A stretch of 32,000 nucleotides of DNA, from positions 1,110,001 to 1,142,000 of the forward strand of contig CP065004.1 in assembly GCA_016700135.1 (NCBI GenBank), given 5' to 3'. Source of the DNA: Candidatus Saccharimonadota bacterium. Its GTDB lineage: Bacteria > Patescibacteriota > Microgenomatia > UBA1406 > GWC2-37-13. The notes beneath the pieces were generated by a model. It had not been told where the DNA came from and did no database searches. It was given only the letters and a program-made list of their open reading frames with translations. Shown piece by piece: positions 16,270 through 25,030 of the stretch (position 1 is the stretch's first letter; every line of letters starts with the position of its first letter). The position numbers were made by a program, and so were the translations under genes.

Positions 16270-18327
16270 TTACTCCTTCAGTTCTCGGATCTTATCACGG
16301 AGCATTATAGCAGCTTCAAAATTCATCTCTTCCGCATATTTTTTCATTTCTCTTTCAAACTTCTTTATTGTCTTCTTCTTGTCCAGCGGAGTCATCGAAT
16401 CAATATCCAGTTCCTCGACTGCTTTCATTGTAAAGTCTTTCTGGAGTTTGTCGAATGACATATAATCTTCTTCAAGGTGTTCGACAATCTTCTCACGAAG
16501 CGGTTTATAAATAGTTTTCGGATTAATATTATGCTTTTTATTGTACGCAAGCTGCTGCTCACGGCGTCGTTTAATCTCTTCCGTCGATTTCTTGATAGAG
16601 TCAGTCATTTTATCTGCATACAATATGACTTTGCCTTGAACATTTCGGGCAGCGCGTCCCATTGTTTGAATCAGAGATGTTCTGGATCTTAAGAATCCTT
16701 CCTTATCGGCATCAAGTATCGCCACAAGTGTGACTTCGGGCAGATCGAGACCCTCTCTCAGTAAGTTCACTCCGATCAATACGTCAAACTCATTTTTGCG
16801 GAGATTGTCAAGCACGTCAGACCGTTCAAGAGTGTGAATGTCTGAGTGAAGATATGCAGCTCTGATTTTCTTCTCAGTCAAAAACTCGGTCAAATCTTCT
16901 GCTGTTTTCTTTGTGAGTGTTGTAACCAGCACTTTTTCGCCTTTTTTTGCCCGATCCTCTACTTCTTTGATAAGGTCAGGTATCTCCGTTGTTGCAGGAC
17001 GGATTTCAATCTCTGGATCCACAATACCGGTCGGTCTGATAAGCTGCTCGACAACTCCGTTGTGGGGTACTTCATTTTTCTCTCTTTCGAGAGCCTTTGT
17101 TTCTCCGTGAGCCTGATCCACTTCCCATTCGTCGGGAGTTGCGGAGACATATACGATTTTTGAGGGTATACGATAGAACTCTTCAAATTTCAGTGGCCTA
17201 TTGTCGTAGGCAGAGTTTAAACGGAAACCGAAATCTATCAGCGTTCTTTTTCTGGCATGATCGCCGTTGTACATCCCTCTGATTTGTGGCACGGTCATGT
17301 GAGACTCATCAATAAAAACGAGAAAGTCATTGCCGTAAGCCACTTTAAAATAATCAAGAAGACTGTAAGGAGCGTCACCCGGTTTTCTGCCGTCAAAATA
17401 CCGTGAATAATTTTCAATACCGTTCACATATCCGACTTCTTTGATCATCTCCAGATCGTAATTTACTTTCCTGAGCAGCCGCTCTGCTTCCAGGTTTTTC
17501 CCCTGCTTTTTCAGCATTTGATGTTCTTTTGCAAGATCCGCTCTGATTTGCGATTCCGCTTTTTCAAAAACAACGGGATCTGTGAGATACAATTTTGCAG
17601 GATAAATAGTTACACCGGTACTTTCCGATCTGATTTTCTGTCCTGATAGCGGTTCGATAAACTCAATTTCCTTCACTCTTCCGTATTCTTCGATAATTCT
17701 GATAGCATAGTCCTGATAAGGCAGATAAATATCCATATGGCTGCCGCGTACTCTAAACGTGCCGCGATTAAAATCAAATTCAGACCGTTCATACAAAAGT
17801 TCAGTCAGGCGTACCGAAAGCTGTTTCCAGTCGACAAAATCACCAATCTTAATATCGACCATATATTTCCCGTACTCAGTAGGAGAACCGATATTGTAAA
17901 TACACGATACAGAGGCGACGACAATGACATCTTTTCGGGTTAGGATGTTTGTCGTTGATTGGAGGCGGAGCTTGTCAATAAGTTCATTGATATCCGCTTC
18001 TTTCTCAATGTAAGTGTCAGTTGTCGGGATGTAAGCCTCAGGCTGATAGTAGTCGTAGTATGACACAAAGTAAGACACGGCATTTGTCGGAAAAAAATCC
18101 CTGAATTCCTGATATAGCTGTCCTGCCAAAGTTTTGTTGTGAGATATGATCAATGCAGGCATGTTCAGATCGCGGATCATATTGGCCATAGTAAAGGTTT
18201 TGCCGGACCCGGTCACGCCGAGAAGCACTTGATTTTTTATGCCGGATTTCACACCAGCTGTCAGTTTTGCGATTGCCTGAGGTTGATCGCCTGTCGGATT
18301 GTATTCAGAGGATAAATCAAAAGCCAT
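16270..18327 (-). CDS. uvrB: Excinuclease ABC subunit B
   Basis: N-terminus FDLSSEYNPTGDQPQAI, Walker A GVTGSGKT, the DESH box (FIDESHMT), helicase motifs VSATP and QTMGRAARN, and the C-terminal UVR domain (FEAAIMLRDKIRELK). Confidence 0.95.
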   Translation of the reverse strand: MAFDLSSEYNPTGDQPQAIAKLTAGVKSGIKNQVLLGVTGSGKTFTMANMIRDLNMPALIISHNKTLAGQLYQEFRDFFPTNAVSYFVSYYDYYQPEAYIPTTDTYIEKEADINELIDKLRLQSTTNILTRKDVIVVASVSCIYNIGSPTEYGKYMVDIKIGDFVDWKQLSVRLTELLYERSEFDFNRGTFRVRGSHMDIYLPYQDYAIRIIEEYGRVKEIEFIEPLSGQKIRSESTGVTIYPAKLYLTDPVVFEKAESQIRADLAKEHQMLKKQGKNLEAERLLRKVNYDLEMIKEVGYVNGIENYSRYFDGRKPGDAPYSLLDYFKVAYGNDFLVFIDESHMTVPQIRGMYNGDHARKRTLIDFGFRLNSAYDNRPLKFEEFYRIPSKIVYVSATPDEWEVDQAHGETKALEREKNEVPHNGVVEQLIRPTGIVDPEIEIRPATTEIPDLIKEVEDRAKKGEKVLVTTLTKKTAEDLTEFLTEKKIRAAYLHSDIHTLERSDVLDNLRKNEFDVLIGVNLLREGLDLPEVTLVAILDADKEGFLRSRTSLIQTMGRAARNVQGKVILYADKMTDSIKKSTEEIKRRREQQLAYNKKHNINPKTIYKPLREKIVEHLEEDYMSFDKLQKDFTMKAVEELDIDSMTPLDKKKTIKKFEREMKKYAEEMNFEAAIMLRDKIRELKE

Positions 18328-18484
18328 GGGTATATTATAGCTGATAGGTAAAAGATAGTAGCTTATGGCTTATAGAGGGAGATATCAGAATAGATGTCTC
18401 ATGCCGTAGCTATTATATTCTCTTATCAAGAACTTTATTAACTCCTGCCATCTATCTCTTCTTCCCATAAGCTATAATACAAAT
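18328..18484. promoter_or_regulatory. Divergent promoter region between uvrB and the methyltransferase gene
   Basis: AGCTATAATA occurs on each strand, with the TATAAT hexamers at 18339-18334 (minus) and 18473-18478 (plus). Each hexamer lies 6 nt before its ATG. A 10-bp inverted repeat TAGCTTATGG (18359-18368) / CCATAAGCTA (18465-18474) is also present. Confidence 0.55.
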
Positions 18485-19351
18485 ATGCAAGTACTGGTGC
18501 AGGAAGGCTTTCCTGATTACGAACTAATAGATTCCGGAGACGGCATGAGACTTGAACGCTTTGGTCCGTATCGTATTGCACGGCCTGATCCGCAGGTACT
18601 TTGGAAAAAGCACGCTCCTGAGCATATGTGGAAACGGGTAGATGCTCTTTTTGATAAATCCACAGAGCGGGGCCAATGGAAGGTCTTAAATAAACTTCCC
18701 GATCACTGGCAAATCCGGTACAATGACCTCCATTTCCACGCACGGCTTACTCCTTTTAAACATACAGGTATTTTCCCCGAACAGGCTATAATGTGGGACT
18801 GGACAACCAATTTGATTCGGAAATCTCATCGCAAAATTAAAGTATTAAATTTGTTCGGGTATACGGGGATAGCTTCTGTCGCGGCGGCAAAAGCCGGTGC
18901 ACAGGTCACTCATGTTGATGCTTCCAAACCCTCGATCACATGGGCCAATGAGAACATGAAGGCTTCGGGATTACCAAACGATGCTATTCGATGGATACTG
19001 GATGACGCTCTCAAATTTACGAAACGGGAAGTACACAGAGGGAATTTTTATGACGGGATTATTATGGATCCCCCGGTCTACGGTCACGGTCCGAAAAAAG
19101 AAGCATGGGATTTTTACAAGCATATGCCCGTTCTTCTTGAACATTGCGCAAAAATTCTTTCACCGCATCCTCTCTTTTTCCTGATCAATGCTTATGCAAT
19201 CTCTTCTTCTGCCATCATGCTCGGAAATATAATGCAGGATTTGATGATTCAGCACAAAGGGAAAACCGAATACGGAGAACTTGCACTCAGAGAGAGCTTC
19301 GGTAAGCGTCTTCTGTCTACAGGAATCTATTCGAGATGGCAATCTCACTGA
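18485..19351 (+). CDS. Class I SAM-dependent methyltransferase (RlmI/RlmK-like rRNA methyltransferase family)
   Basis: SAM-binding motif VLNLFGYTGIASVAAAKAGA..VTHVDAS and catalytic IIMDPPVYGHG (DPPxY/F type). The size and layout match the Methyltrans_SAM family. Confidence 0.7.
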   Translation: MQVLVQEGFPDYELIDSGDGMRLERFGPYRIARPDPQVLWKKHAPEHMWKRVDALFDKSTERGQWKVLNKLPDHWQIRYNDLHFHARLTPFKHTGIFPEQAIMWDWTTNLIRKSHRKIKVLNLFGYTGIASVAAAKAGAQVTHVDASKPSITWANENMKASGLPNDAIRWILDDALKFTKREVHRGNFYDGIIMDPPVYGHGPKKEAWDFYKHMPVLLEHCAKILSPHPLFFLINAYAISSSAIMLGNIMQDLMIQHKGKTEYGELALRESFGKRLLSTGIYSRWQSH

Positions 19352-19621
19352 TTATTTGTTCCTGACAAACACATTCAGTTCGTTAAATTTCTGGATTCCC
19401 AGAATATACATATATGCCGCAGCGGGAAGAAGTATCAGCCCGAAAATGTTCATATATGCTTCCTCAAACAGCTTGATAAGGGTAAGTGCTGCTATTAAAA
19501 AGGTACTTCCCGTTCGGAAATATGCAAGAGCGGTACGTTCAAATGCAAAAACCGTACGGTCGACTGCTAATTCCTGATTGCTCTCCTGAAGCAGTGATGT
19601 GTCAAAATGGGTTGTCTTCAT
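19352..19621 (-). CDS. DUF202 (YidH-like) small membrane protein
   Basis: LAVDRTVFAFERTALAYFRTGSTFLIAAL is the DUF202 signature (ERT.LA..RT), followed by further hydrophobic helices. Confidence 0.6.
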   Translation of the reverse strand: MKTTHFDTSLLQESNQELAVDRTVFAFERTALAYFRTGSTFLIAALTLIKLFEEAYMNIFGLILLPAAAYMYILGIQKFNELNVFVRNK

Positions 19622-19657
19622 AAGTAATACAAATTTATAATGAGTTATAATAGATAT

Positions 19658-20341
19658 ATGCTAACCGTAGTAGGAACCCCGATCGGCAATCTTGAGGATG
19701 TCTCATACAGACAAGCCAGGACACTTACTGATTCCGATATCATTCTAGCAGAGGATACGCGTTCGGCGCAAACACTCCTTCATGCGATCGAGCATCTGTT
19801 CGGCATGAAACCGAAAGAAGGACAGAAAATTATTTCCTATTACAAAGAGAAAGAATTTGAAAAACTTCCCGGTATTATTGATGATCTTGAGGCCGGAAAA
19901 ACGGTCAGTCTGATTTCAGAAGCGGGAATGCCGGTGATCTCCGATCCCGGATTTTTGCTTATTTCGACCGTGATTAAGAAAGGATTACCGTATGAAGTCA
20001 TACCCGGCCCGTCAGCAGTAACGACGGCACTGCTTCATTCAGGTATCAAATTCAGCAGATTTATGTTTCTGGGATTTTTGCCGAAAAAAGAACTGGAGTT
20101 TGAAAGACTGCTCATCAACATCAGAGATATCCGTCAGATTGCAAATCACACTGCATTTATTGCTTTTGAGTCTCCTCACAGGATCAATCAGACACTTGCA
20201 GTCATGGAAAAAGTTTTTCCTGATGCTGAAATTGTGATAGCGCGTGAGCTTACCAAGAAATTTGAGGAGATCTTTCGCGGGAAGGCGGCAGAATTAAAAG
20301 GCAAAGAATACCGCGGTGAAATAACGCTTATTTTTTCCTGA
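19658..20341 (+). CDS. rsmI: 16S rRNA (cytidine1402-2'-O)-methyltransferase RsmI
   Basis: MLTVVGTPIGNLEDVSYRQARTL...ILAEDTR...ISEAGMPVISDPG is the tetrapyrrole-methylase-fold RsmI signature. ATG 19658 is preferred over the track start at 19640 and is preceded by TATAAT at 19646-19651. Confidence 0.85.
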   Translation: MLTVVGTPIGNLEDVSYRQARTLTDSDIILAEDTRSAQTLLHAIEHLFGMKPKEGQKIISYYKEKEFEKLPGIIDDLEAGKTVSLISEAGMPVISDPGFLLISTVIKKGLPYEVIPGPSAVTTALLHSGIKFSRFMFLGFLPKKELEFERLLINIRDIRQIANHTAFIAFESPHRINQTLAVMEKVFPDAEIVIARELTKKFEEIFRGKAAELKGKEYRGEITLIFS

Positions 20342-20356
20342 CAGATCCCCGTCCGA

Positions 20357-20911
20357 TTACTGTTCGTATTCAGGAAAGTTTTCGTCTCCGTTAAATTTAG
20401 CTTCGGTATCTGCAGGTCTCGAATTATTGTTAAGCCATTCAATGTATGTACAACCTGTTGCTTTTCTTGTTTCACGATCCCAACCTGAAGTACTGCATTT
20501 CTTCATTCTTTTCCCGTTTGCTGTAGTCACAAGGACGAGATTCTCTCCGCATGTCGGACATTTTTCATCCAATTCTTCTTTTGTACCGTTGAACCATTCG
20601 ACGAAATCACAACCTGTCGCTTTCCTGGCTTCACGGTCCCATCCTCCTTTGCTGCATTTCTTCATTTTTTTGCCTGTTCTTGTGGTTGCCATGACAAGAG
20701 GTGCGCCGCATTTGGGACATTTTTCATCTAGTTCTTCAGGTTCAGGAGTAAACCACTTGACATAATCACAGCCTTCCACCTGTCTGGTTTCGGGATTCCA
20801 TGATCCGGTAGAACATCGTTGAAGTTTTTTACCGGTCGGTGTTTCTTCTACTGGAGACAAAGGTGATCCGCATTTCGGACAGTTGGTTAGTTTTGAATCT
20901 TTAGTTGCCAT
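20357..20911 (-). CDS. Stand-alone protein with three topoisomerase-IA-type C4 zinc-ribbon repeats (YrdD-like)
   Basis: Three ~53-aa repeats of CP.CG.(P)L....T..GK...CS..GW......TGC....W (for example ELDEKCPKCGAPLVMATTRTGKKMKKCSKGGWDREARKATGCDFVEWF). TACAAT at 20923-20918 lies 6 nt before the ATG. Confidence 0.7.
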   Translation of the reverse strand: MATKDSKLTNCPKCGSPLSPVEETPTGKKLQRCSTGSWNPETRQVEGCDYVKWFTPEPEELDEKCPKCGAPLVMATTRTGKKMKKCSKGGWDREARKATGCDFVEWFNGTKEELDEKCPTCGENLVLVTTANGKRMKKCSTSGWDRETRKATGCTYIEWLNNNSRPADTEAKFNGDENFPEYEQ

Positions 20912-20972
20912 CTGAACATTGTATACTCTGATCAGTAAGATTACAAGAGATATATGTAATTACTTATCTTTA

Positions 20973-21968
20973 TTATGCATTTTCTATAAGGAAGTCCACC
21001 AGTTGAGGAAAGCTCATTCCGATTGCTTTGGTCTCCTTGGGAAACAGTGAATTTTTGGTCATACCCGGAAGTGTATTAGTTTCCATATAGTAAAGTGTTC
21101 CGTCCTTATACAGAAAATCAGAACGTGAGTACGTTTTGCAGCCAAGTAATGTATGGATATTGGCGGCAAGCTCGGAGACAATGTCCGAGACACGTTTGTC
21201 CAGGTTTTTCGGAGGGGAAACTTCGATTGCTCCACCGTCTTCGTATTTGGAAGCATAATCAAAAAATGCTGATTTATTCGGGATAATTTCTACAGGGGGT
21301 ATGAAGGTCATATTCCCTTCACGGTCTTCCAGACATCCGCAGGTAATTTCCATTGCATCTCTGATATACTCCTGCAGAAGCACATGTCGATACAGTTTTT
21401 CATTTCGTGATTTTTGTACCTGTTTCTTCAATTCTTCCTCAGAATTAATGATATGAAGGCCGACACTTGAACCCATATTATTGGGTTTGAAAATAAGCGG
21501 ATACTGTAAATCTTCAACAGGAATGTTGCCGTAAAGATCAATAAGCGAAGTATTGGGAAGCGTGATTTCTTCAAGCGTATTGACTATAAGTGCAGTGCGG
21601 AATTTATCCATGCAGATTGCACTTGCAGTCGGTCCTGAACCCGTATATCTGATTTTGAAAAATTCAAGTATTGTTTGCAGTTTACCGTCTTCCACGAATT
21701 CACCGTGAATCCCGGCAAGGAATGCCAGATCAGTTTTGGTGAGATACTTCTCGACTCCCTCCATAAAAGGAAGATAAGTTGAAGTATCCTCAGGAATCTG
21801 CAATTCTTTTTCAGGCTTGAAATACGTGCATTTTAAGTCTTTCGTAATATAAAAAACAGATACATCATATTTTGTTTTATCGATCGCTTCAAAGAGAGAT
21901 TTTGTGCTGTTTATCGATACTTCATGTTCAGAAGATGGACCGCCGCACACTAAGGTTACTTTCATCAT
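20973..21968 (-). CDS. ddl: D-alanine--D-alanine ligase
   Basis: MMKVTLVCGGPSSEHEVSINS, IHGEFVEDGKLQ..LE, an ATP-grasp core, and the C-terminal METNTLPGMT..SLFP. The start is chosen at the MMKV methionines (21968 or 21965) rather than the track start at 22001. Confidence 0.85.
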   Translation of the reverse strand: MMKVTLVCGGPSSEHEVSINSTKSLFEAIDKTKYDVSVFYITKDLKCTYFKPEKELQIPEDTSTYLPFMEGVEKYLTKTDLAFLAGIHGEFVEDGKLQTILEFFKIRYTGSGPTASAICMDKFRTALIVNTLEEITLPNTSLIDLYGNIPVEDLQYPLIFKPNNMGSSVGLHIINSEEELKKQVQKSRNEKLYRHVLLQEYIRDAMEITCGCLEDREGNMTFIPPVEIIPNKSAFFDYASKYEDGGAIEVSPPKNLDKRVSDIVSELAANIHTLLGCKTYSRSDFLYKDGTLYYMETNTLPGMTKNSLFPKETKAIGMSFPQLVDFLIENA

Positions 21969-22023
21969 AGGTGTCCTTATACTATACGACCTGTTCGTCA
22001 TGAGGTCAAGAGAAGAAGATATC

Positions 22024-22824
22024 TCAAAGATTTTTCCAAATAAGAGCAGTCAAAAAGATAAGTCCGGAGACGACGGCTATCATTGGACCTGACGGAACGT
22101 TAAACAGATATGAACCCGTCAATCCGATTATGACGGAGATCGTCGAAAATATCGGTGCAAGAACAAACATGCTTTTCAAAGATCCGGCAAACAATCGTGA
22201 TGTTGCTGCAGGAATGATAAGAAGTGCATTTACCAAAACTATTCCGACCAGCTGAATACCGATTACGATTGAGATTGCGAGTGCTACATGATAGATCATG
22301 TCAATCATACCGACGCGGATTCCGAGAAGTTGTGAATATTCTGCATCAAAGGCAATATTCAGAAGTTTTTTGTGGTATACCCTGGCTACGAAAAAGAGTA
22401 CTATCGCTGTAACTCCTGTGAAAATAATATACTCCCAACTTATCCCGAGAATGCTTCCGAATAGAAAGCTCATGAGCTCCGGTTGGTAGCCTGGAGTTAC
22501 GGAAAGCAGGATCACTCCGATTGCCATAGATACAGGTAGGATAATACCGAGCAGACTGTCAGTATGGAGATCGGACTTTTTCCTCAAAACAGGGAGGATA
22601 AAGGCGACAAGAACGGCATACAGCAGAGAAAGAAGCAGCGGATTCACCCCGAACAGTATTCCCAAAGCCACGCCTGTTAGGGAAGAATGAGCTATGGCAT
22701 CACCGAAAAATGATGAGCGGCGAAGCATGGCAAAAATCCCGAAGTATGCAAGCAGCAAGGCAATAATTATGCCTCCGATAAATGCACGCTGCATGAAAGG
22801 TAGTGTAAGTATTGAAATGTCCAT
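22024..22824 (-). CDS. znuB: Metal (Zn/Mn-type) ABC transporter permease, ABC-3 family
   Basis: Polytopic membrane protein that begins MDISILTLPFMQRAFIGG, typical of ZnuB/MntB/TroC. Its ATG overlaps the upstream ATPase stop by 1 nt (TAATG at 22826-22822). Confidence 0.75.
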   Translation of the reverse strand: MDISILTLPFMQRAFIGGIIIALLLAYFGIFAMLRRSSFFGDAIAHSSLTGVALGILFGVNPLLLSLLYAVLVAFILPVLRKKSDLHTDSLLGIILPVSMAIGVILLSVTPGYQPELMSFLFGSILGISWEYIIFTGVTAIVLFFVARVYHKKLLNIAFDAEYSQLLGIRVGMIDMIYHVALAISIVIGIQLVGIVLVNALLIIPAATSRLFAGSLKSMFVLAPIFSTISVIIGLTGSYLFNVPSGPMIAVVSGLIFLTALIWKNL

Positions 22825-23543
22825 TAGGTTTTGTCGTGATGGTGACCGTAGAACTTCAAATGATGTCCGTACAAATTCTGAAACATTTCCTGGGTAAGTA
22901 CATTTTGCGTTCCGGTACAAACAAGTTTTTGATTGATGCAGAGAACATTGTCTGCAAATGTATGAACGATATCAAGTTCGTGCGTTGCAATAAGGACTGT
23001 CAAATGTTTTTCCGTAACAAGCTTCTGCAGGAGCGTGTAAAATGATTGTTCTCCTCCGACATCGACTCCGGCTTCCGGTTCATCTAGAATCAGAAGCTGA
23101 GGGTTTTGAAGGAGAGATCGTACTAAAAGAATTCGTTGAAGCTGGCCTCCGGAGAGTGCAGAAAGAAGTTTCCTATCTTTCCCTTTCATGTTCACTTCCT
23201 CCATGAGGGTGCTGATCTCATCATCAAAACTTTTCTGGGCGCAGGATAAATGCAAAAATTCATGCACGGTGATAGGAAAAGAAGTATCAAAACTGAAGCG
23301 CTGAGGAACATATCCGATTCGGTTCAGTTGTTCACGGACATCCCTATCGTTTAGACGAATCTTGCCTTTAAAGGGTACAAAACCGAGTATTGCCTTAAGA
23401 AGAGTTGATTTCCCTGAGCCGTTGGGACCGATTAATGCCGTGATGGACTCTGGCTTCAGTTCAAATGAAATATCCTCAATAGCGTTGTGAGATGCATGCG
23501 GATATCTGACCGTTACATTTTTTACTTCAAGTATTGGTGACAT
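22824..23543 (-). CDS. znuC: Metal ABC transporter ATP-binding protein
   Basis: Walker A GPNGSGKST, signature LSGGQLQR, Walker B LLILDEP and a His-rich C-terminal tail (GHHLKFYGHHHDKT). Confidence 0.8.
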   Translation of the reverse strand: MSPILEVKNVTVRYPHASHNAIEDISFELKPESITALIGPNGSGKSTLLKAILGFVPFKGKIRLNDRDVREQLNRIGYVPQRFSFDTSFPITVHEFLHLSCAQKSFDDEISTLMEEVNMKGKDRKLLSALSGGQLQRILLVRSLLQNPQLLILDEPEAGVDVGGEQSFYTLLQKLVTEKHLTVLIATHELDIVHTFADNVLCINQKLVCTGTQNVLTQEMFQNLYGHHLKFYGHHHDKT

Positions 23544-24479
23544 TTATTGTAGGGCTTGGGTAATCTGATTAACATTATAGCGCATAAGAGAAACAAATGA
23601 ATCTTTGTCAGGAACTCCTCCGATCGGATCAAGCTGTGATATTGAAATTTCAAGATCAGCTGCAATCGGCTCCAGAGAAGTTGTTGAGAATTGAGGCTCA
23701 GCAAATACTACACGAATATCATCCTCCTCGATATGATCGATAAATTCCTGCACATATTCCGGCGAAGGCTCTTCCCCGGGAAATTCTTCAAAAGTAGTCA
23801 CAACTTCAATATCATACTCTTCAGCAAGGTATCCGAACGCATTGTGAAATGTTGCAATACGTTTGTTCTCAATCGCTTGCAGCTTTGACCGATTGTCCTG
23901 ATCAAGTGCTGCCAATACAGCTTCATACTCATTGTAATTTTGTTCAAAGGATTCCTTGTGTTCAGGATACAACTTACTAAGTTCATCTCGTATCTGTGCG
24001 GCTATGGCTTTTCCGTTCTCAATACTGAGCCAGTAATGCGGGTCAGTTTGTTCTGAGTAATTGTTCTCTGCTACTTCTTCTCCTGTTTTCTCGTCATGTG
24101 AGTGGTTGGCTCCTGTATATGGTAATAATTTAATTTTTTCATCTACCACGACCTGATTCTTAACTCCAGCTGATTCTGCAACGGAAGTACTCCAGTTGTC
24201 TATCCCGTGTCCAATCATAAACAAAGTATCAGCGCCTTGGAGGGTTTTTACTGTTTCTGGTGAAGGTTCGTATGAATGAGGGCTTGCACCTGCCGGCAAT
24301 AATAGTACTATTTCAACATTGTTTCCGGCAATGTTCTTTGTAATATCGTATAAAGGAAAAATGGTAGTAGCAACCTTTTGACGGTCTAAGTCAGTCTCCT
24401 TCCCCTGTCTGTTATATCCCAAAACAATAACTAATGCCAAAATGATACCCAGAAAAAGAAGAAATAATATTTTTTTCAT
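23544..24479 (-). CDS. znuA: Metal ABC transporter substrate-binding protein (cluster A-I, ZnuA-like)
   Basis: N-terminal anchor, metal-ligand motifs GASPHSYEPSP and DPHYW, and an acidic/His-rich loop (GANHSHDEKTGEEVAENNYSEQTD) characteristic of Zn-specific members. Confidence 0.75.
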   Translation of the reverse strand: MKKILFLLFLGIILALVIVLGYNRQGKETDLDRQKVATTIFPLYDITKNIAGNNVEIVLLLPAGASPHSYEPSPETVKTLQGADTLFMIGHGIDNWSTSVAESAGVKNQVVVDEKIKLLPYTGANHSHDEKTGEEVAENNYSEQTDPHYWLSIENGKAIAAQIRDELSKLYPEHKESFEQNYNEYEAVLAALDQDNRSKLQAIENKRIATFHNAFGYLAEEYDIEVVTTFEEFPGEEPSPEYVQEFIDHIEEDDIRVVFAEPQFSTTSLEPIAADLEISISQLDPIGGVPDKDSFVSLMRYNVNQITQALQ

Positions 24480-24520
24480 AAATCTAGTATATGCAACTGA
24501 TTTGCATTTGTCAATATTGA
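24480..24520 (-). promoter_or_regulatory. znuA promoter (TTGACA-17 nt-TATACT) with a palindromic operator in the spacer
   Basis: The minus strand reads TTGACA(24514-24509)-aatgcaaatcagttgca-TATACT(24491-24486)-agattt-ATG(24479). The palindrome ATGCAA-n5-TTGCAT occupies 24491-24507. A second palindrome TCAATATTGA (24511-24520) overlaps the -35. Confidence 0.65.
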
Positions 24521-24568
24521 TATAATCGAACGCTCCGGGAAAATACCATAATCCAGTATAATTGTTCT

Positions 24569-25030
24569 ATGCCGAAACCGACGCCGATTCTTTTCACAAA
24601 GGAAGGATACGAAACACTGCAAAAGGAACTTACTACTCTCAAATCAAAGAGACCTGAATATGTGCAGGAACTTACAAAAGCTGCAGAGCTCGGAGACCGC
24701 AGCGAAAACGCAGCCTATAAATATGCCAAACAGAAACTAAGACAAACAGACAGCAGACTTCGTTATCTGGAAAAAACACTGGACCGGGCAAAAGTCGTCG
24801 AAGCGACTCAGCATGAATATATTGAAATCGGTTCATCAGTTATTATGCATAACGGTACAAAAGAGTGCGCATACCGTATTGTCGGAGGTAATGAATCGGA
24901 TCCCTCAAAAGGGCTTCTTTCCTATCAGTCCCCTCTTGGACAAGCATTGCTGAGGAAAAAGACAGGGGATAAGGTTTCGATAACAACACCTGTGGGTACG
25001 GTGATCTATACAATCCTCAAAATCAGTTAG
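24569..25030 (+). CDS. greA: Transcription elongation factor GreA
   Basis: Coiled-coil N-domain with GDRSENAAYKYAKQ and a C-terminal globular domain (SYQSPLGQALLRKKTGDKV). The length is 153 aa. TATAAT at 24557-24562 lies 6 nt before the ATG. Confidence 0.9.
   Translation: MPKPTPILFTKEGYETLQKELTTLKSKRPEYVQELTKAAELGDRSENAAYKYAKQKLRQTDSRLRYLEKTLDRAKVVEATQHEYIEIGSSVIMHNGTKECAYRIVGGNESDPSKGLLSYQSPLGQALLRKKTGDKVSITTPVGTVIYTILKIS

Noticed and set aside
18328-18484. LexA/SOS box upstream of uvrB (also sought upstream of uvrA and ruvA)
   Set aside because: There is no CTGT-n8-ACAG or GAAC-n4-GTTC match. The nearest, GAACTTTATTAAC at about 18430, lacks the second half-site.
20427-20765. 112-aa plus-strand ORF with an internally repeated sequence
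   Set aside because: It is antisense to the triple zinc-ribbon gene. Its repetitiveness only mirrors the sense-strand repeats.
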